Notes under the pieces: generated by a model
What the model was told of the DNA's origin: nothing
What the model saw: the letters and a program-made list of their open reading frames with translations, nothing else
Databases searched by the model: none
Part shown: positions 14,271 to 28,720 of the stretch, piece after piece
How the letters are laid out: every line of letters starts with the position of its first letter
Numbering within the stretch: the stretch's first letter is position 1
Translations under genes and position numbers: made by a program
Source of the DNA: Balanoglossus misakiensis
Taxonomy: Eukaryota > Animalia > Hemichordata
Assembly: GCA_040954595.2 (NCBI GenBank)
Contig: CM082580.2
Location: 2,098,783-2,162,782 of the forward strand
Reading direction: 5' to 3'
Length of the DNA stretch: 64,000 nucleotides

Positions 14271-15943
14271 TACTGTTTACAAGGAGTTGTTACCCCCAAC
14301 TTAAACATGTTTACATAACTTTAATAGGCCAGCTGTCACAGAGACCACTGGCTATTAAATATTTAATTACCAGTGGCAGGTCAGTGTGTGTCTGACTGTC
14401 TGTCTGTTTGTTCCAGGGCTGACTGAAAGAAGTTGCTTCTCATATGTGTTTGTACAGACAATTTTTGGTAAAAAAAATTTCTAGCACCACTTGTAAGACT
14501 GCCATGACACATGACAGTTTATTGGGCATGTTCCTTGTTAAGTTTTTACATTCCATATTTCTGTATTGTAAGATCATATCTGCTTGCAATGTCACCTGTA
14601 ATTTTTATTCTGGTGTGTCACTGTTTCCGCATAATCCTCAAATGAGACCACAGTGTCCTTGACACTATTTTGTAAATTTGTCATATCGCTTTGTATAATA
14701 ACGTAAACAAGAAGATCGATTTTTTAAGAGGACAATGAGATGAACCAAATTACTGAAAACACCAATGTCCATGCACCTAAAAGGGCATGTGTCAAGTACT
14801 AGTATTCAAAATGAATGTATATGTACATGTTGGCTGCCAATGGAAGTTGTCAGAGATTTATACTACATATATAGTACTCAATTTGTTCACCACTCGTTTG
14901 AGTATTGCAAGTATTTCCCAATTTGAACCTACTAGGCTATTATTTATTAACTACTTGTCATTATTTACTCATATGCAGTATACTACCAGGAACCAATAAG
15001 CTCCAGAGGCCTAACACTCCACAATCATTCACTTTGAATGCACCAGAGGTGCTTGCTACAAGTGGTCAAGGCTGCCTTTATATCATGGCAAGGAAAACCA
15101 TGATACCTGTGAAGGATGTAAGTATATACACTGTATTAATTGTTGTGTCCATGACATTAATCATTGTGCATGTGTGTGTAATATATATTATGTACTTATT
15201 TAGACGAATATACTTGCACTGTGGACCCCATTTTGAGTCCCTGCTGGACTAAGTATGGAATGGGATCGACTTAGTACATGTATGAATCGAGTTCCGTATA
15301 TGCGTATGTCAATTCGTCTGTCTACCTGTCCGGTGCCATTTCTCAGACATGCCTGGACTGATTTTTTCTCAAACTTCAACTTGGCACAAGTATATTGAAC
15401 CACAAATTTATGATACGACCAAATTCCAACTTCAGTAGTTCAAGTTTGGACTCATCTGTGTAATATGATCTGAAATGAGCTGTTTGCATATGTCAGTATA
15501 TATCTTCTCAGATCATACTTTTTTATTCTTCTTAAATGTTATACCCGGTAGATGGATGATGCTGTTGATGGTTCCAGCAGTGATTCTTTGCCAGATGTCC
15601 TACATTGTACACGAACAGAAACGCCTAGTACTACCGGTAGTGTTCAAAGTACAACACATACAGGTCCTGATACACAGACTCGACAGAGTAACCTGCAACA
15701 AAAGCCAGAGGAACGAAGGAGTACATACAGGTATAATTAAATGACAATGAAGTCAGCCTTACTTCCAATCCCAAATAGCTCTTAATTCAGAAGCAACGTT
15801 TTGATGCGACTAGCACATCTTCCTCAAGCTTTATACATGTATTACAAAAGTCTTGAGATGTTGGTTAATCTGTATTATAAGAGACTATAAGAAGTATTAA
15901 TTGTATTGCTAGTGGTAAATTAAAATAAAATTAATGTTCTTTT

Positions 15944-16552
15944 TCAGCCCCGCTTTCAATGACAGCCAGGGTAGCTGTAGGAATAGGTTGATGTTTGACC
16001 TTTGACTGTCGTCTATTTGTACGTCAAGCTGTTAGTCTGTCCATCAGTCAACCTTTTTAGTCCCCCCCCCCCCCCCCCCGGATGAAGGGACTTCTAGATT
16101 TTGTTCCGTCCGTCCGTCTCAGACATGACTGAACCAATTTCTTTCAAACTTGACACACTAGGTCGATGCACTATATGATCTATATCATACATATGCACGT
16201 CAATTTATTTTGCGATAAGATCCAATATGGCCACCTGGAGGCCATTTTTTAATGCTTTTTACATGTCAGGTCGCCAATTTTTTTCGTAATACAATCCAAT
16301 ATGGCGGCCTGGTGGCCATTTCTTAAATGATTTTTTTTCATGTTCACAGCGTTACTTGGCCAAACGACTTGACCGATTGCCTTCAAAGTTGGCATGAGGA
16401 CATTGTCCCATGACATGCATATACTAGCCATTTTTTGTGTCTTGTGTGTGAATTTTCCATGTCACTACTGTATTGATCAAAGACACAAGACATCTAGAAA
16501 ACAATACTATAAAAAAAATTATTGCGGGGACAGGGCCTTATCGAGGCTTGTT
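15944..16552 (+). mobile_element. Helentron/HINE-like repeat(s)
   Basis: TTTTAGTCCCC start at ~16057, (CCGT)n, core TCTCAGACATG...CAAACTT...ATCCAATATGGC shared with 15340-15400 and 23731-24283, 3' hairpin GCCTTATCGAGGC followed by TTGTT. Confidence 0.5.
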
Positions 16553-19269
16553 ACTTTACATTTTTATCCACTTTCTGTTTGCACCATCTTAGAATACGGG
16601 GTCCCCACGCACTTTTCCATTGGAATTACTAGAATGCATTGCAAGAGCCATTTAAATTTCTGTGGGATAATTTATCTATATATGTAATTGTGTAAGTGAA
16701 AACCTGTGGTAGCTAGCTGACTATATCTACCATATGTCCCAAACACACATCCCTGAAACAGTATTTTGCTCGCAAAATGCCTACTATAGTTTATTTTGTG
16801 TTCCTATAGTACCTATTCAGAGATGGTGTATGTTGCAGAAGGCTGTGATGATGATATGAGGGATGAAATAAGTGAAGACATGCAATCAGCAATTGCTGCA
16901 TCATGTTTACCAACAGCTAGCCATGTTGATACTAGTACAGGACAGTAAGTACCATGATTTCTTTTATTATAGCTAGTTTATTGACTGATTTTAAATTAAT
17001 CTGTTGCTGAAAAAAAATCATCTCTGAATATTAGACTGAGTTAATTCTTTGTTTGACGTCAGTGTGTGCCTAGGTTTTGGACTCATGCAGAGAAAACAAG
17101 CAAACATGTAAATAAGGTCACATAAGGGTCAAAAGACCTGGCACTTTTGTACCATTATTGTAAAATGAAGAGAACTTTTTGGTGTTCAACAGGAAAATTA
17201 ATCCGACATAACTTGGTAAAAAGTGAAATGATTTTGAAAGTTACGTTTTAAAAGTTTGGCAGACTTGCTCGGAACTACACAATCCATGCATCTACATGCA
17301 GGTCCCGATTGAGAGCATGACTGTCTGTTCATCCCACTCTGGGCCGTGCATTCCCTATCCAGAGAGTTTGGTGGAGGGCTCCTTACTGTCTCCCACCAAG
17401 AACTCTCTCCAAATCAATTTCAGCTAACCAATCAGGTATGTACATAATTCTATCTTGACAAGTGTACACTTCTGATTTCACTTTACAGAATTAGCTACGA
17501 GTATACTCAAGAGGTTTTGATGCATCACATCAACAAAGTGCTGCAGACAGATTCTGAGGACAGCGACCAATTACTACAAATTTGTTGATTCCTCTTTTGG
17601 AAAAGTTCTGTGAAGGCCTTAACCTGTCCTGACTTCAATCCAACACTACCCTTCCGGGTGTTATTTACAGGAGAGCCAGCAGTCAATGAAGGAGGGCCAA
17701 AGAGAGAATTTCTTTACTTGTTCGCTATATAACTACAAGTGGAATCTTCGAAGGCGATTCGAAATATCTTACTCTTCACCATGACTTTGACATGATGGCA
17801 GCTAGAAAATACTATTTGGTTGGGATACTGATGGCCATAGCTATAGTCCATGGCGGTCCACCACCCAAGTTCCTTTCCCAATCACTTTTTCATTATATGT
17901 CACACAGAAAGATGGTTACTGATGTAGCCCTCCTGCATGAAATGGCAGACTTCCAATGCAGAGATATTGCAACCAAGGTTTGTATCAGTATACATTAATT
18001 TTGTATTTTTGTTTTACATGTAGTAAGTCCCTTCAGACAAAGTCTTAGATGAGGCTTTTAGAATTATTCTGCACCCGCCCTTTTTGTGTGTTCCTATTAA
18101 TTTCAATTCAATTCAATTCAATTTATTACCCGTGATGACTTGACTGATTTCCTTCAAAACGAATTGACACAAGGTTGATGCATTATAAAGTACACATCGA
18201 TTTGTTTTGCTACAATATTATCTATGGATGTCATATTTTTACCTTATGACAATACCTTTTTTCACAGATATTAGAAAGCAAAAGTGTGGATAACTTAAAC
18301 ACCTACCGCAAAACAGAGGAAGCAAAGAAAGTTCTTGCCAGTGTAGGCTTCCCTGAAGATAATACGATTGATGGAAAATTGTATGAAGAAAGAAAAGAAG
18401 TATTGGTCCCAGCCATAATGCAGCACTACCTAATAGGCAACATATTGCCTGCAATACACCAGTTTGAAGAAGGCTTGGAACTACTTGGTATTCTGAAATT
18501 GATCAGGACTGAAGCGGGTAATATGTTCTACAGATGCTGTATCCTAAATCATGTGAATGATGTCTATGGTCATACTACTTTCAACACTGAACACCAGAAC
18601 TTATTTTATTGCATGTTTAAGCAATGTACCCCCTCCCCACGGCAGAGTGTCCGGTCTCACCTGTAACTGTAATATGCATTGGTTGATTTCGGCCAAACCT
18701 GGTACAAATTTCAGTTAATTGTAGTAAATTAATGCTCATAAAATAGATAGTGTCATATGTATACAATTATGAATTTTGAGGCTGTTTTTTTTTATTCCAT
18801 TGGATTTATTTAATATGATATCAGGCCTTCTCTATATTTGATGTGTATATATACCTTGTGATCAAGTACTGGTAACTTTATTCACGCAAATGAAGTAGAT
18901 GTGATCATTGAGAGGCAAACCATATGCTTCAGTAGTGTTACGTACTGGGATAACAGTGCTATATTCTATTAATTTGGACAACATACTAGTCTTGGGTGGT
19001 GACTGTAATTAATTCATATGTTATCATATGTCATTTACTTCTGAATCAATGATGACGTGCCTGCTGTGTGGCATACATTTAAATGTGCACACCCACCTGA
19101 CTTTGACTTATTGATAAACTAGATTTATGTCATGTGCATTTTTATAGGTTGCATGCAGAAAGTGCTGTGCTACTCCGAAGACTACTGTGAGCCAACTCTT
19201 GCATTTTTCAAAGAAAACACTGAGGTAGACAGAAGTCCAAATGGATCGTCACGTTATCAGCAGGAAAAT

Positions 19270-20757
19270 ATAACTGATTAAACCACGATCGTGACGTCAC
19301 ACTATTCAATAGACAAGTCATTCACTGAGAGAACCTCCGTTTCACACAAAACCACAGGTTGAAAACCAAGTCCCGGGTAGTTCTAGAACTACCTCCGGGG
19401 GTTCTAGAACTACCACAGGACTCAGTCTCACCTGTCGTAACAAAAATACAAATACACAATGCTTTATTTGCATAATTACATTTACTTCTATACCTGTATT
19501 CAAAGTACATTTCATTTGAATAGAGTAATTGTTATGTTAATTGAAAGTGAACTGGATATGCGACATTCTCCGGATCATTTCATTCAATGCTTCACATTCA
19601 CAGTTTTGTCTACTGACGTACAAAGCTAATGTCTTGGTGGCTCTCGAGAGTCTTCATAACATGATAAAGTATAAAATAGACAAAAATCAATTCACCAGAA
19701 ACAAACTAACGTTGCAATAAATTCACTACAAATTTCTAGAAAATTATACTAAATCACATTATCCCCAGATTTGCTTGTATTACTCTAACCAGATGCTTCA
19801 CTTCGATTTTGCTTCACTACCGACATGTAACAACGTTGGCTGTTTTAGGCCTACTGTTTAACAAAACCCGCGTACCTTGCAAAATTCTGCTTACTTTTTG
19901 TTGCTGTTCACCAGATGTGCGTTTGTAATGTCGGACGGCTTCACTTCGGTATCAAGTCTTTTCGCAGATGAGTTACTCACCAATATATCGCTACCATACA
20001 GACGCGTTGCCGCTGTGGCTCGTGGAGAGTGGTTCGTTCAAAAGCTGGGGAGGCCAATATACAGACGGGCAGTAGTACCATGTAGAGCATTGTGACCCGC
20101 TTTTTGCTTTACCCACATGTAGCCGCTTGTTTTCGCAGATGATATAGATCGGAACTAGATGTATCTTCAGATCGATTTCATGGACATTTGAAGGAAAATA
20201 AACTAAAACGTGACACTTACATGTAGGCCTACTGCATTTGGCCTAGAAAATTTTCGCGTAAGCTTACCATGTGCACGCAAAACCCCAATAGCTGTATAAC
20301 CCTTCCCATAATACACTACGTAACACACCTGTAAAGTTTAATTTGATGCAAATTGAAGTTTGAAATTAGCATATCACTCCGACACGTAAGCATGAACATT
20401 TAGAGTAACACCTGTCAAGCGTGGGCGATCTTGTAAGGCCCAGCAGGGCGGTCTAGAACTACCTGCCCACGACATGATTCATTTATAGGAAGAGGGGTGG
20501 CCAACCAAATTTCACAGTCAGCAATGAAGAATAAGCCTCTTTTGATAAGCTTTTGTTCGTTCATTTTATTGAATCGTTGAGTAAAACGACGTCTTTGTGG
20601 CACACAAAGCTCCAATGGTGACAATGTATGTGGGGGATCGTGGTTTAAGTTAGAGAACCACCTCCCCCTCAGTGGTTCTTGGTTTCCAATCGCCTCGGGC
20701 CTGCGGCCCTCGGCGATTCGAAACCAAGAACCACCTCGGGGTCGGTGATTCTCTATT
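19270..20757 (-). mobile_element. Non-autonomous asymmetric hairpin element (Crypton-like architecture) interrupting a HECT exon
   Basis: IR TTAAACCACGATC (~19278) / GATCGTGGTTTAA (~20636), then a long hairpin 20652-20754. Removing it restores ..QQENI|ITYLWNEFL.. Confidence 0.72.
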
Positions 20758-21039
20758 ACATACTTATGGAATGAATTCCTTGCATCTTGTGACAAAGGTA
20801 AATTTGTATGTCACTTGATCAAACAAAATTAGTGCACATGAAGTGTATATATACTGTTCTTGTAAACTGTCAATTACTATTATAGCAATGTGTACATGTA
20901 GTTTATGCCATACACTGAAAGTTACACGTTGGTTCATGTGGAAAATCAAAGCAGGCCTGAAGTCTTAGACTGTCGTATATAGAAATACTATTATAATAGG
21001 ATTTGTGTGTGTACATGACAGATGATATGAACTATAACA

Positions 21040-23515
21040 CAGTCTGATTTCAGGGTACCTAATTTACATGCATTTGCATAAAATCATTTCAAATGAACAG
21101 CGCCCCGTGCTTAAGTATGCGTCCGTTAGGATTTTTCCCCGAGGTACCGATAATCTCACTTTTCCAGCTTAATACTGCGTTAGAAGAATTATTCTCATCC
21201 CGAAACTGACGTATACCCGGTAAGTTGCTGTTTCTATCATATTTCACGCCATTGTTAGTCCAAAGAATTAGGTCATACGCGTTTCGAGTGGTGTGCCCGT
21301 ACGGCCCTCCACGATTTTTCCGTTATTTTCAACACTGCCCCGCGTCTATGTGCCGGTTTTAAAAAATCGAAAATTGACATAAATCGTTGAGTTGATTATT
21401 GTTTTATCGAAATTTGCGTATTTTTAGTCTGCTCAAGGTCCGGAAAAATTGCGAATGCCTGTTTACTGAGTTTGTGTATGTACCGTGTTCTGACATGGCG
21501 ACGGAAGGAATCCATACCCGGAAGTAGAGAATGCGCGACTGTGGCAAGCTATTTTTGATCATTATGTCCCGGTCCAATTTCGTAATTTTCTTGCTGAGAG
21601 CTCTGATTGGACAGTATTTTGGCGCAAGGATGGGACAGTAGGTGTCCAGACGTCAGGAATCGTAGACCTTAAGTAAGCGCGCAGGAGGGAAAGTTTCCCG
21701 GGCAGCATCATTCCTTGCTTGGCGTGCACTGTTGCAGCAGTGTCGTGTGTGTGTGGAAGCCGGAGCAAGTGTTTCTCAAATCTCTTGTTGAGAACTTCAC
21801 CAATAATTATCGTACGCCTTACAGTTTGTTTCTTTGTCTTTCAGGAGACAACGAAGAAAGAAGTGCGTCAGTGTGCTGATCGATCGGTGTTTTACTTTTA
21901 GTGAGTCTGCCTGTAGTGTGGTTGGTGGCCAGTTCCCACACTTTTTTGCATTCAGGAGTTTCCTTTATTAATCTTGCTTTCCTCAGTTGTTACCTTTTAT
22001 ACATTATATTGTATTTATTTGACAATAAAAATTAAAAAGGTAATATTCATTAACTGTTATTGTTTGAGTATTACTGAACAGGCATTTTCCAGTCTGTGTA
22101 GGAGTAGTCTGTGTGGTTTTAGTTTGACTGACAATTGTCTAGTCTGCACTGTGCAGAGATTTTGTGAACTGATATTTAGTCTAGTCTTTGCAGGGTGTGT
22201 GTGTGTGAATCTGGGATACAGATGATAATCTGCAGATAGTAAAAAGCAATGTCGCTTTTCTAACTAAAGGATGTGGCTGTAAAGGTGGCTGCAAAAACAA
22301 ACAATGCTCATGTAAGAAAAAGGAAAGTAAATGTGGACCAGGATATAGATGTACAAACTGTGAAAACCCTAGAAGTGGTAAAAACACCAGTAGAAGTTAT
22401 ATTGACAGAGTAAGTGAAGATGATTCGATTCTAGAAATGATTATGAATGAAGAAATGGTGGATACTTTTGAAACGTTTGACATACTAGAGATAGTAGAGG
22501 TAGAACAGGAATACCAATTACCTGAGGAAGATTTACAAGAGAGTACAACAAATGCATATGAAAATGATACAAATAATTACAGTGATTATTCAGATATGGA
22601 GTTAGAAAACTAAATGTAGAATTATAAGGCTGGCAATAATTTTATTGATTGAAAAAATATACATAAAATTCTTAAATTAGAAATAATCAAAAAGAACAAA
22701 AAAAAAATGTTTTTAAAAATTGCCAAATTACCAATCAATGTCAGAAAAAGGAGAGTTGGACCAGTGTAGTCTGTTGTAGTACACCATGATTTCATTGTCA
22801 GATTAACCTCACAGTCACCACTATGCATACTATGTACATACTGTCCATGCAGACCGCCACTTATCCGGGTTAATCTCTAAAACACACGAATATCCATTGT
22901 CAAAACCTAGGCTGTTATCGAGCATTGATTGTCTCATAACTCATCTGCAATGTTATGTTCAGTGTAAAGTCCCGGCAGACTGCCGGGGACTGTGATTTGA
23001 TCAGCCGAGTTTCCGTGTTACGCAATCGAAACACCCTTACGGAGGTCCTATACATATAGTATGTTGCTTGAGAGGTCACATTCAACACTGCCCCGCGTCA
23101 ATGTGCTTCACCGTAGGCAAACCAAACTTGGCACAGTTATAGCTAATACATAGACCCTGTGAAAAACCGTATTTACGCCTCTGCTCAAGACCCCCTAATT
23201 TCTGTATCGCTTCTCAAAAATTAGCATTCACATGCATAACATCGTACGATCGAGTCACTGCCACATCGCCAGTATGCAGGGTTTCAAAATAATTTATTAC
23301 AGCTAAAACAAGCGTCATAAGGCGTAAGATAACATCCATTTAGACAATAATCGATGGAAAACGAACCTTGTCATCCAAAATTAAAGCGTGTACACCACTT
23401 TTCATGCCAGCATGCAGGTTTCAAGTTTTCGGTAGGCCGCCATATTGGATAGAAGTGAAAACGAGGGTCTCTGTTGTAAGGTTTAGGCGAATTTCAATAG
23501 GCTGAGATCAGACTG
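21040..23515 (+). mobile_element. Academ deletion derivative
   Basis: TIR CAGTCTGATTTCAG / CTGAGATCAGACTG, 4-bp TSD AACA (21036-21039 / 23516-23519), internal CXC-domain coding remnant. Confidence 0.8.
22209..22613 (+). pseudogene. C-terminal remnant of an Academ transposase (Tesmin/TSO1-like CXC plus acidic tail)
   Basis: Open frame missing from the ORF track: IWDTDDNLQIVKSNVAFLTKGCGCKGGCKNKQCSCKKKESKCGPGYRCTNCEN...DMELEN*. Starts abruptly after a (GT)n run. Confidence 0.75.
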
Positions 23516-23730
23516 AACATGTGTTAAATTAAAGGGAAACATCAGTCAACATGATTATACAAATATTTGTTGTAAACCCATTTTGCATTGATAGGGTCCT
23601 TTCTTTATTTTGTATCACCCTCATTGTGAGCGATTATAGTGAGAAGTCTGACATTGAAATTTGTTCAGATACAGTTACTAACCATGTAGGTCAGATTTGT
23701 TTGTTTTAGCCATTTAGGTTCATTGGTATA

Positions 23731-24285
23731 TTTAGTCCCCACTGGACGAAGTCCGGAACGGGGACTTATGGATTGGGTTCCGTCCGTGCGTCCGTCCGTC
23801 TGGAGCCATATCTCAGACATGCCTGGACCAATTTTTTTTCAAACGTGGCACAAGTGTGGACCACATTGGCCTACATATGCACGTCAGTTGATTTTGTTAT
23901 ATAATCCAATATGGCTGCCAGTCAGCCATTTTGTTTGTGATTTTTCCATGTCCAAAGCCATAACTCAGACACGTGTGGACAGATCTCATTCAAGTTGGTA
24001 TAAGGGGGGTGTTTTATGATATACATTGTACATGTGCATGTCAATTTTCATTTTGATGAAATCCAATATGACCACAAGGCAGCAATTTCATTTTCACATT
24101 TTCCATCTCCAAAGACATAACTCAGATGTGTGAATAGATCTCATTCAAAGTTTACATGTCAACTTGTACATGTCACAACCCAGGAATGTTGTGATCAAAA
24201 CAATGACTGCCAGTTTATAAGAACAAAAACTGCAAATTAACTAAAAATTTCTTAACAGGGACTATGTCATTTACAATGACTTGTT
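23731..24285 (+). mobile_element. Helentron/HINE-like non-autonomous element
   Basis: TTTAGTCCCC..GGGGACT 5' stem, (CCGT)n tract, 3' subterminal GGGACTA, hairpin GTCATTTACAATGAC, then TTGTT. Confidence 0.6.
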
Positions 24286-25924
24286 TGTTTTAAAGGTGAT
24301 GTCTGCTTAGAAGAAAATGAAGAAAAGTTCATGGTGACCCTTGAAGATGTGTTACAGTTCATTACCGGGGCCACGAAAATCCCACCGATTGGATTTGATC
24401 ACAAGATACAAATAAAGTTCAATGATTTAGGTGACACTAGAGACTACTTGCACAAATAAGATCAAACTGCCAATAAAATTTACCGATCCAGAAATATTCA
24501 ACAGAAAGATGGCTTTTGCAATTTTGAATACAAAAGGTTTCGGGCAAATTTAACATGCTTCATGTATTCCTAGAAAGCCATGAAAAACCACAATTTACCC
24601 CTGGCAAGTCCTTGAAACAAATCAATGAATGTTTGTGATTAGAGATCAAAAAATGAGAAAGATTTAAAACATTTATTTTATTGGTAAACACTCTTGGAAA
24701 TATTTTGATGTTTGTTGAAATAGTCCTGGAATTGTTTTGTTTCCAGATATAGGCACTGTTCATGGATATACTAAGAAGTATACAATTGTTGTAATTAGAC
24801 AATTGATGTCATTACCTGTTGTAGTCCTCACCATGATTGTGTTAAAATGTGTTAATTTGTCTGTTTTTCATTGTACAAGTTGAGACTTATACAGGAAACA
24901 TTTTTTGTGACCTGTTTATTAACGTGATTAGAGATAAAAAAAAAGCATTCAGGAAGAGTATACAAAATATTTCACTGGCCTTCAAGAACTTACGGGGAAA
25001 GGTAACCAAACCTGATTTTGGTTGTACAGGTGGTCTTCTTGTGATTTTGCATTCTCTATGTTCTCTGTGAAATACAACTTGTTTGCTACAGTTAACACAC
25101 AACTCGGAGGCACAAGTTTTAAGTTTGTCTCTAGTTGGAGTTTTGAATAAAATACTTTAGAGTAATTTACATTTTTGTACTTGTCTTCAATTACACCATA
25201 TTGGGAAGTGACTGCTTTATATCGTGTAGTCCAGAGACTGGCCATACTTACGGTTATACTGATCTGTACTATCACCAGTGACAGTGATGATCCAACTGTC
25301 CAACTGTCATGAACAAACTAACTTAGATCTGGGTACTTTAGGACACCTGTGTCACCTTACCACCAAATTTCAGGTTAATTGGCCCAGTGCAATGTTTTAG
25401 AGAAGATTGTTGATGTGCAGTCACAGTCATTAACAACCTATCCCTACAGCTCTGGTGACTTGGGTGTGTAAAGTTGGTTCCTAGGTCCTTGTTCCTTATT
25501 CGCCCCAATCTGAATTTTCATTTTATCATACAGACATGTTCTGGATATCCCAAAGTGACGTGCTATTTTTGTGATGGTGAATCCCAAATGTAACATGTCT
25601 TCTATTTTATCTCTGGGTACAGTTATTCCAGGGTTGCCTGGTTTCACCTGAAATGAACATGGGAATTTTTTGTTAATATTTTTGCTTAGGCAAATATTAT
25701 AACCATACTTGTTTCCCTACAAATTTTCATATATATATATCGATTGTTATAAACACTTTAAACTTGTCTACATACAATTTGACAACATGTATAATTTGTT
25801 TGAGTCACTTTAATTAACATTCATATTTATTAATTTTAGAATACATCATGAGTTGCTATGATATGTATCAGCCAAAAGCATGCAATCATGGTATTTTTAA
25901 AGACAACCACTCAACAGTGAAATA

Positions 25925-25980
25925 CACACAGACACAGACAGAAAGATACTCACACACACACACACACACAAAGAGACAGA
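25925..25980. repeat. (CA)n / (CAGA)n microsatellite
   Basis: Ten consecutive CA at ~25951-25970. Confidence 0.9.
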
Positions 25981-26417
25981 TATATCTTGTATACAACTAT
26001 TAATAACAGTGAAATGTAAGTCATGATACTTAATATAAGGGACTGTCCAGAATTTACTTCCAGGGTGGGGCTGGAGGATTTCTTATTTTCCTTGTGATTT
26101 TTTCCATGCCCCCCCTAGTAAATTGTGGAGGAAATCTGTGCCCCCCCCTTAAATTTCATGGGTTTTTTCCATGCCCCCCCCCCCAATATATACATGCATG
26201 CTTACAGAGTACGGCAGATATAGTCTGACAAGTTCATCACCCTTTGCAAGAACAATCAAGAGATCATTTACTTACTGATATAACCAATTTTAGTGGGGAC
26301 AGTTAAGTGGTCATAAAAATCATGTTTTTGCAGGGACTGCAAGTGGAGGTATGTAAGGGTACCTCAAACCTCAATCTGGGACAAGAAACTGGGACTCCCA
26401 GATGTCACAAAATGCAG

Positions 26418-26518
26418 TCTGGGACCGGTCCCAGATTAGGTCTGGGACCGGTCCCAGACCTAATCTGGGACCGGTCCCAGACCTATTCTGGGACCGGTCC
26501 CAGACCTATTCTGGGACT
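26418..26518. repeat. Subterminal 23-bp tandem array of an 18-bp palindrome (left)
   Basis: TCTGGGACCGGTCCCAGA x4.5 with 5-bp spacers TTAGG, CCTAA, CCTAT, CCTAT. Confidence 0.95.
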
Positions 26519-28334
26519 GACCAATCACCGAGCCTGAATCACCATATAAGCCCACCTCTTCCCGATACTTCACATGCATACACGCGTACTTGTTGAACGT
26601 CAATCACGATCAAAGCCAACCTCTAATATGACACTGCATGCATAATATTATTCTAGAAGCTACAAAAGGTAAAACTTTCTATCATAGCCAACACGACGGC
26701 CGCGGTAGTTAGACGTTACTGTCCAAAGCTTTAATTTGTTCTTCTACGAAGTCATGTCATCGTTTAGAAATGAACTCTTTATTGCCGAGTGCAACGATTT
26801 TGCGAGTTTCCGGAAGAAGCGGAAAGCCCAAGCCACGCCAACGGTATCACGGCCGTGTAAACAACGTCGGAGGTAAGTCAAGTGTGCCGTTGTGCTTTCC
26901 GTCTCGTCGGTGTTTGTGACTGAGTGGTTGTGTTTATGCGCACGTAGCAACAGTAGTGTAAAATGTCTTACAAAATTTATTTGAAAAAGGGTACTCCTGG
27001 AACAGCTTTCCGCTCACTTTCGACATAGCCGTGTTTTGTGTTCGCGTACGTGTTCGTTATTTACATAGAGCGAGGTTCACTGACCGACGCCATTTTGAAA
27101 CAACTTATCGTACACACGTGTGTGTGTGTAAAAAAGTTCTGTTACCGCCACGTCGTCGCTGTCAACTTCGCTAGTCACGAGAGTATGAGAAAGAAAACAA
27201 GTTTCATGAAACTTCTCACTTAACATCCTTTGATTTACGAGAAAAATCGAAAAACTGTGAAAGGCGGTGGCCAAGTTCCCGTACGGCACCAGTATCCATA
27301 CAAACAGAAATTTACATCCCTTTCAGAGGGTTTCGTTTTTCAGAAAATTGTGTCTAAAGAGCTTGATTTCCAAGGATTTTTCAGTGAACATCAGGTGGAC
27401 GTTGTTTGGTTTCTTCATAGTACATGACAAAGTTTTTCAACCCGACCGTGAAATTTGTGTACTAGTAAATAAAACTACCAAGCGTTTAATTCATTAGTTC
27501 AGTTTGAGTCGTGAAAGCTGGTCACCGTTTGTTGAAAATATAACCACCGCAGAAGTAGAGATCGATTTGTTGCCTAAAATTTCTGTCAGTCATTTTTCGT
27601 AAAGATATGAAGTATCTGAGAACGGCAACCCCGTTGTGTGTTCGTCCGTTGTGGCCCAGATTCTAAGGACTGCCTAACTCAGTGGTTATAATCCCTTTTG
27701 TTTCCAATTAGATAAATTGCATATGGCAGTTTATTACACAGCCATCTGGATATCTTTGTAAGACAGCAATATGGATGAAGTTTTCATGTAAAAAGTATAC
27801 CTATATTAGCCTTTACATGTGTATTGTGTTATGCTAATTAAAAAAATTATGTTTCAATTTCAGGATGGTAACAAGCTCCCAATGTGGTCTTCTCAATGTA
27901 AGGCATGAATATCTAAGACAACTTGGGCATAGGAAACGACTTTGGAGATTGGCCGAAAATACTGTTTACGTTGTGGCTGACTGCAACAGAACTGATGGCT
28001 CTCTGTTGAAGAAGTACTTCATGGTTGAACAAAAATTGTTTTTCCATAACCAAGATAGGAGTGAAACAGCCACCATATTGACTTGCAATTGTGAAGAGGC
28101 TTATGTTGAATCAGAACGACTAAAGACAACTGACCCATGTGTGTATGAAGATTTCAGCACATTTATCTCTACAGTCAAAGAGAAGTACTGTATACATGCC
28201 TGGGCTGTAGATGTGTCATTATGCTGGACACAGCCAGAAAGTGTTGTCTGTGAAACATGTAGGAATCATTCCTAATTTCAACAATGCAGATATGTATAAA
28301 CAGCAACTTTATCTGACTGATAAAACAAGATTTT

Positions 28335-28720
28335 AGGGAAGGTTCACCAAGGGGGATTTTTACATACGTGCTAGCTTTGGGGTGGGTTATCAAAGGGACA
28401 CCACTTTCGCCATTCATAACCCTCCTGGTTTTTAGAAAAAAGGGCCTAAAAGTTGCAGTCTAGGGCTTCATCAACTTCACGGATTTTGCATCATGGGTAA
28501 AATTGTACCTATTTCTTAATGTAAGCGCCACGTTTTGCACCATTTTACCCATGATGCAAAATTATGGTGTTGTTGAAGCCCTAGACTGCAGCTTCCCGTA
28601 CTATTTTTGGCTGTTTTTGTTATAAATCCTGAGTGCTATGAATGGTAAAAGTGGTGTCCCTTTGAAAACCAACCCGAAAGCTAGCATATATATGAAAATC
28701 CCCCATGGTGAACCTTCCCT
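28335..28720. mobile_element. Fold-back MITE, Kolobok/T2-like
   Basis: AGGGAAGGTTCACCA...TGGTGAACCTTCCCT, nearly palindromic along its length; TTAA on the right, TTTT on the left. Confidence 0.8.

Larger units (their letters stand above)
1562..24553 (+). pseudogene. Multi-exon G2E3-like HECT E3 ubiquitin ligase, degenerate
   Basis: Approximate exons 1562-1885, 12881-13177, 14979-15117, 15552-15731, 16810-16944, 17489-17977, 18268-18516, 19148-19272 plus 20755-20797, 24296-24553, with GT-AG borders. Motifs GEPAVNEGGPKREF, AIVHGGPPPKFLS, TLEDVLQFITGATKIPPIGF, catalytic-type TCTNKIKLP and terminal GFGQI*. Several stops and frameshifts. Confidence 0.8.

Noticed and set aside
26418-26518. CRISPR-like palindromic repeat array (also 47439-47585)
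   Set aside because: Spacers are only 5 bp and near-identical, there are no cas genes, and the arrays are part of eukaryotic transposon TIRs. The TTAGG spacers are not tandem, so not telomeric.
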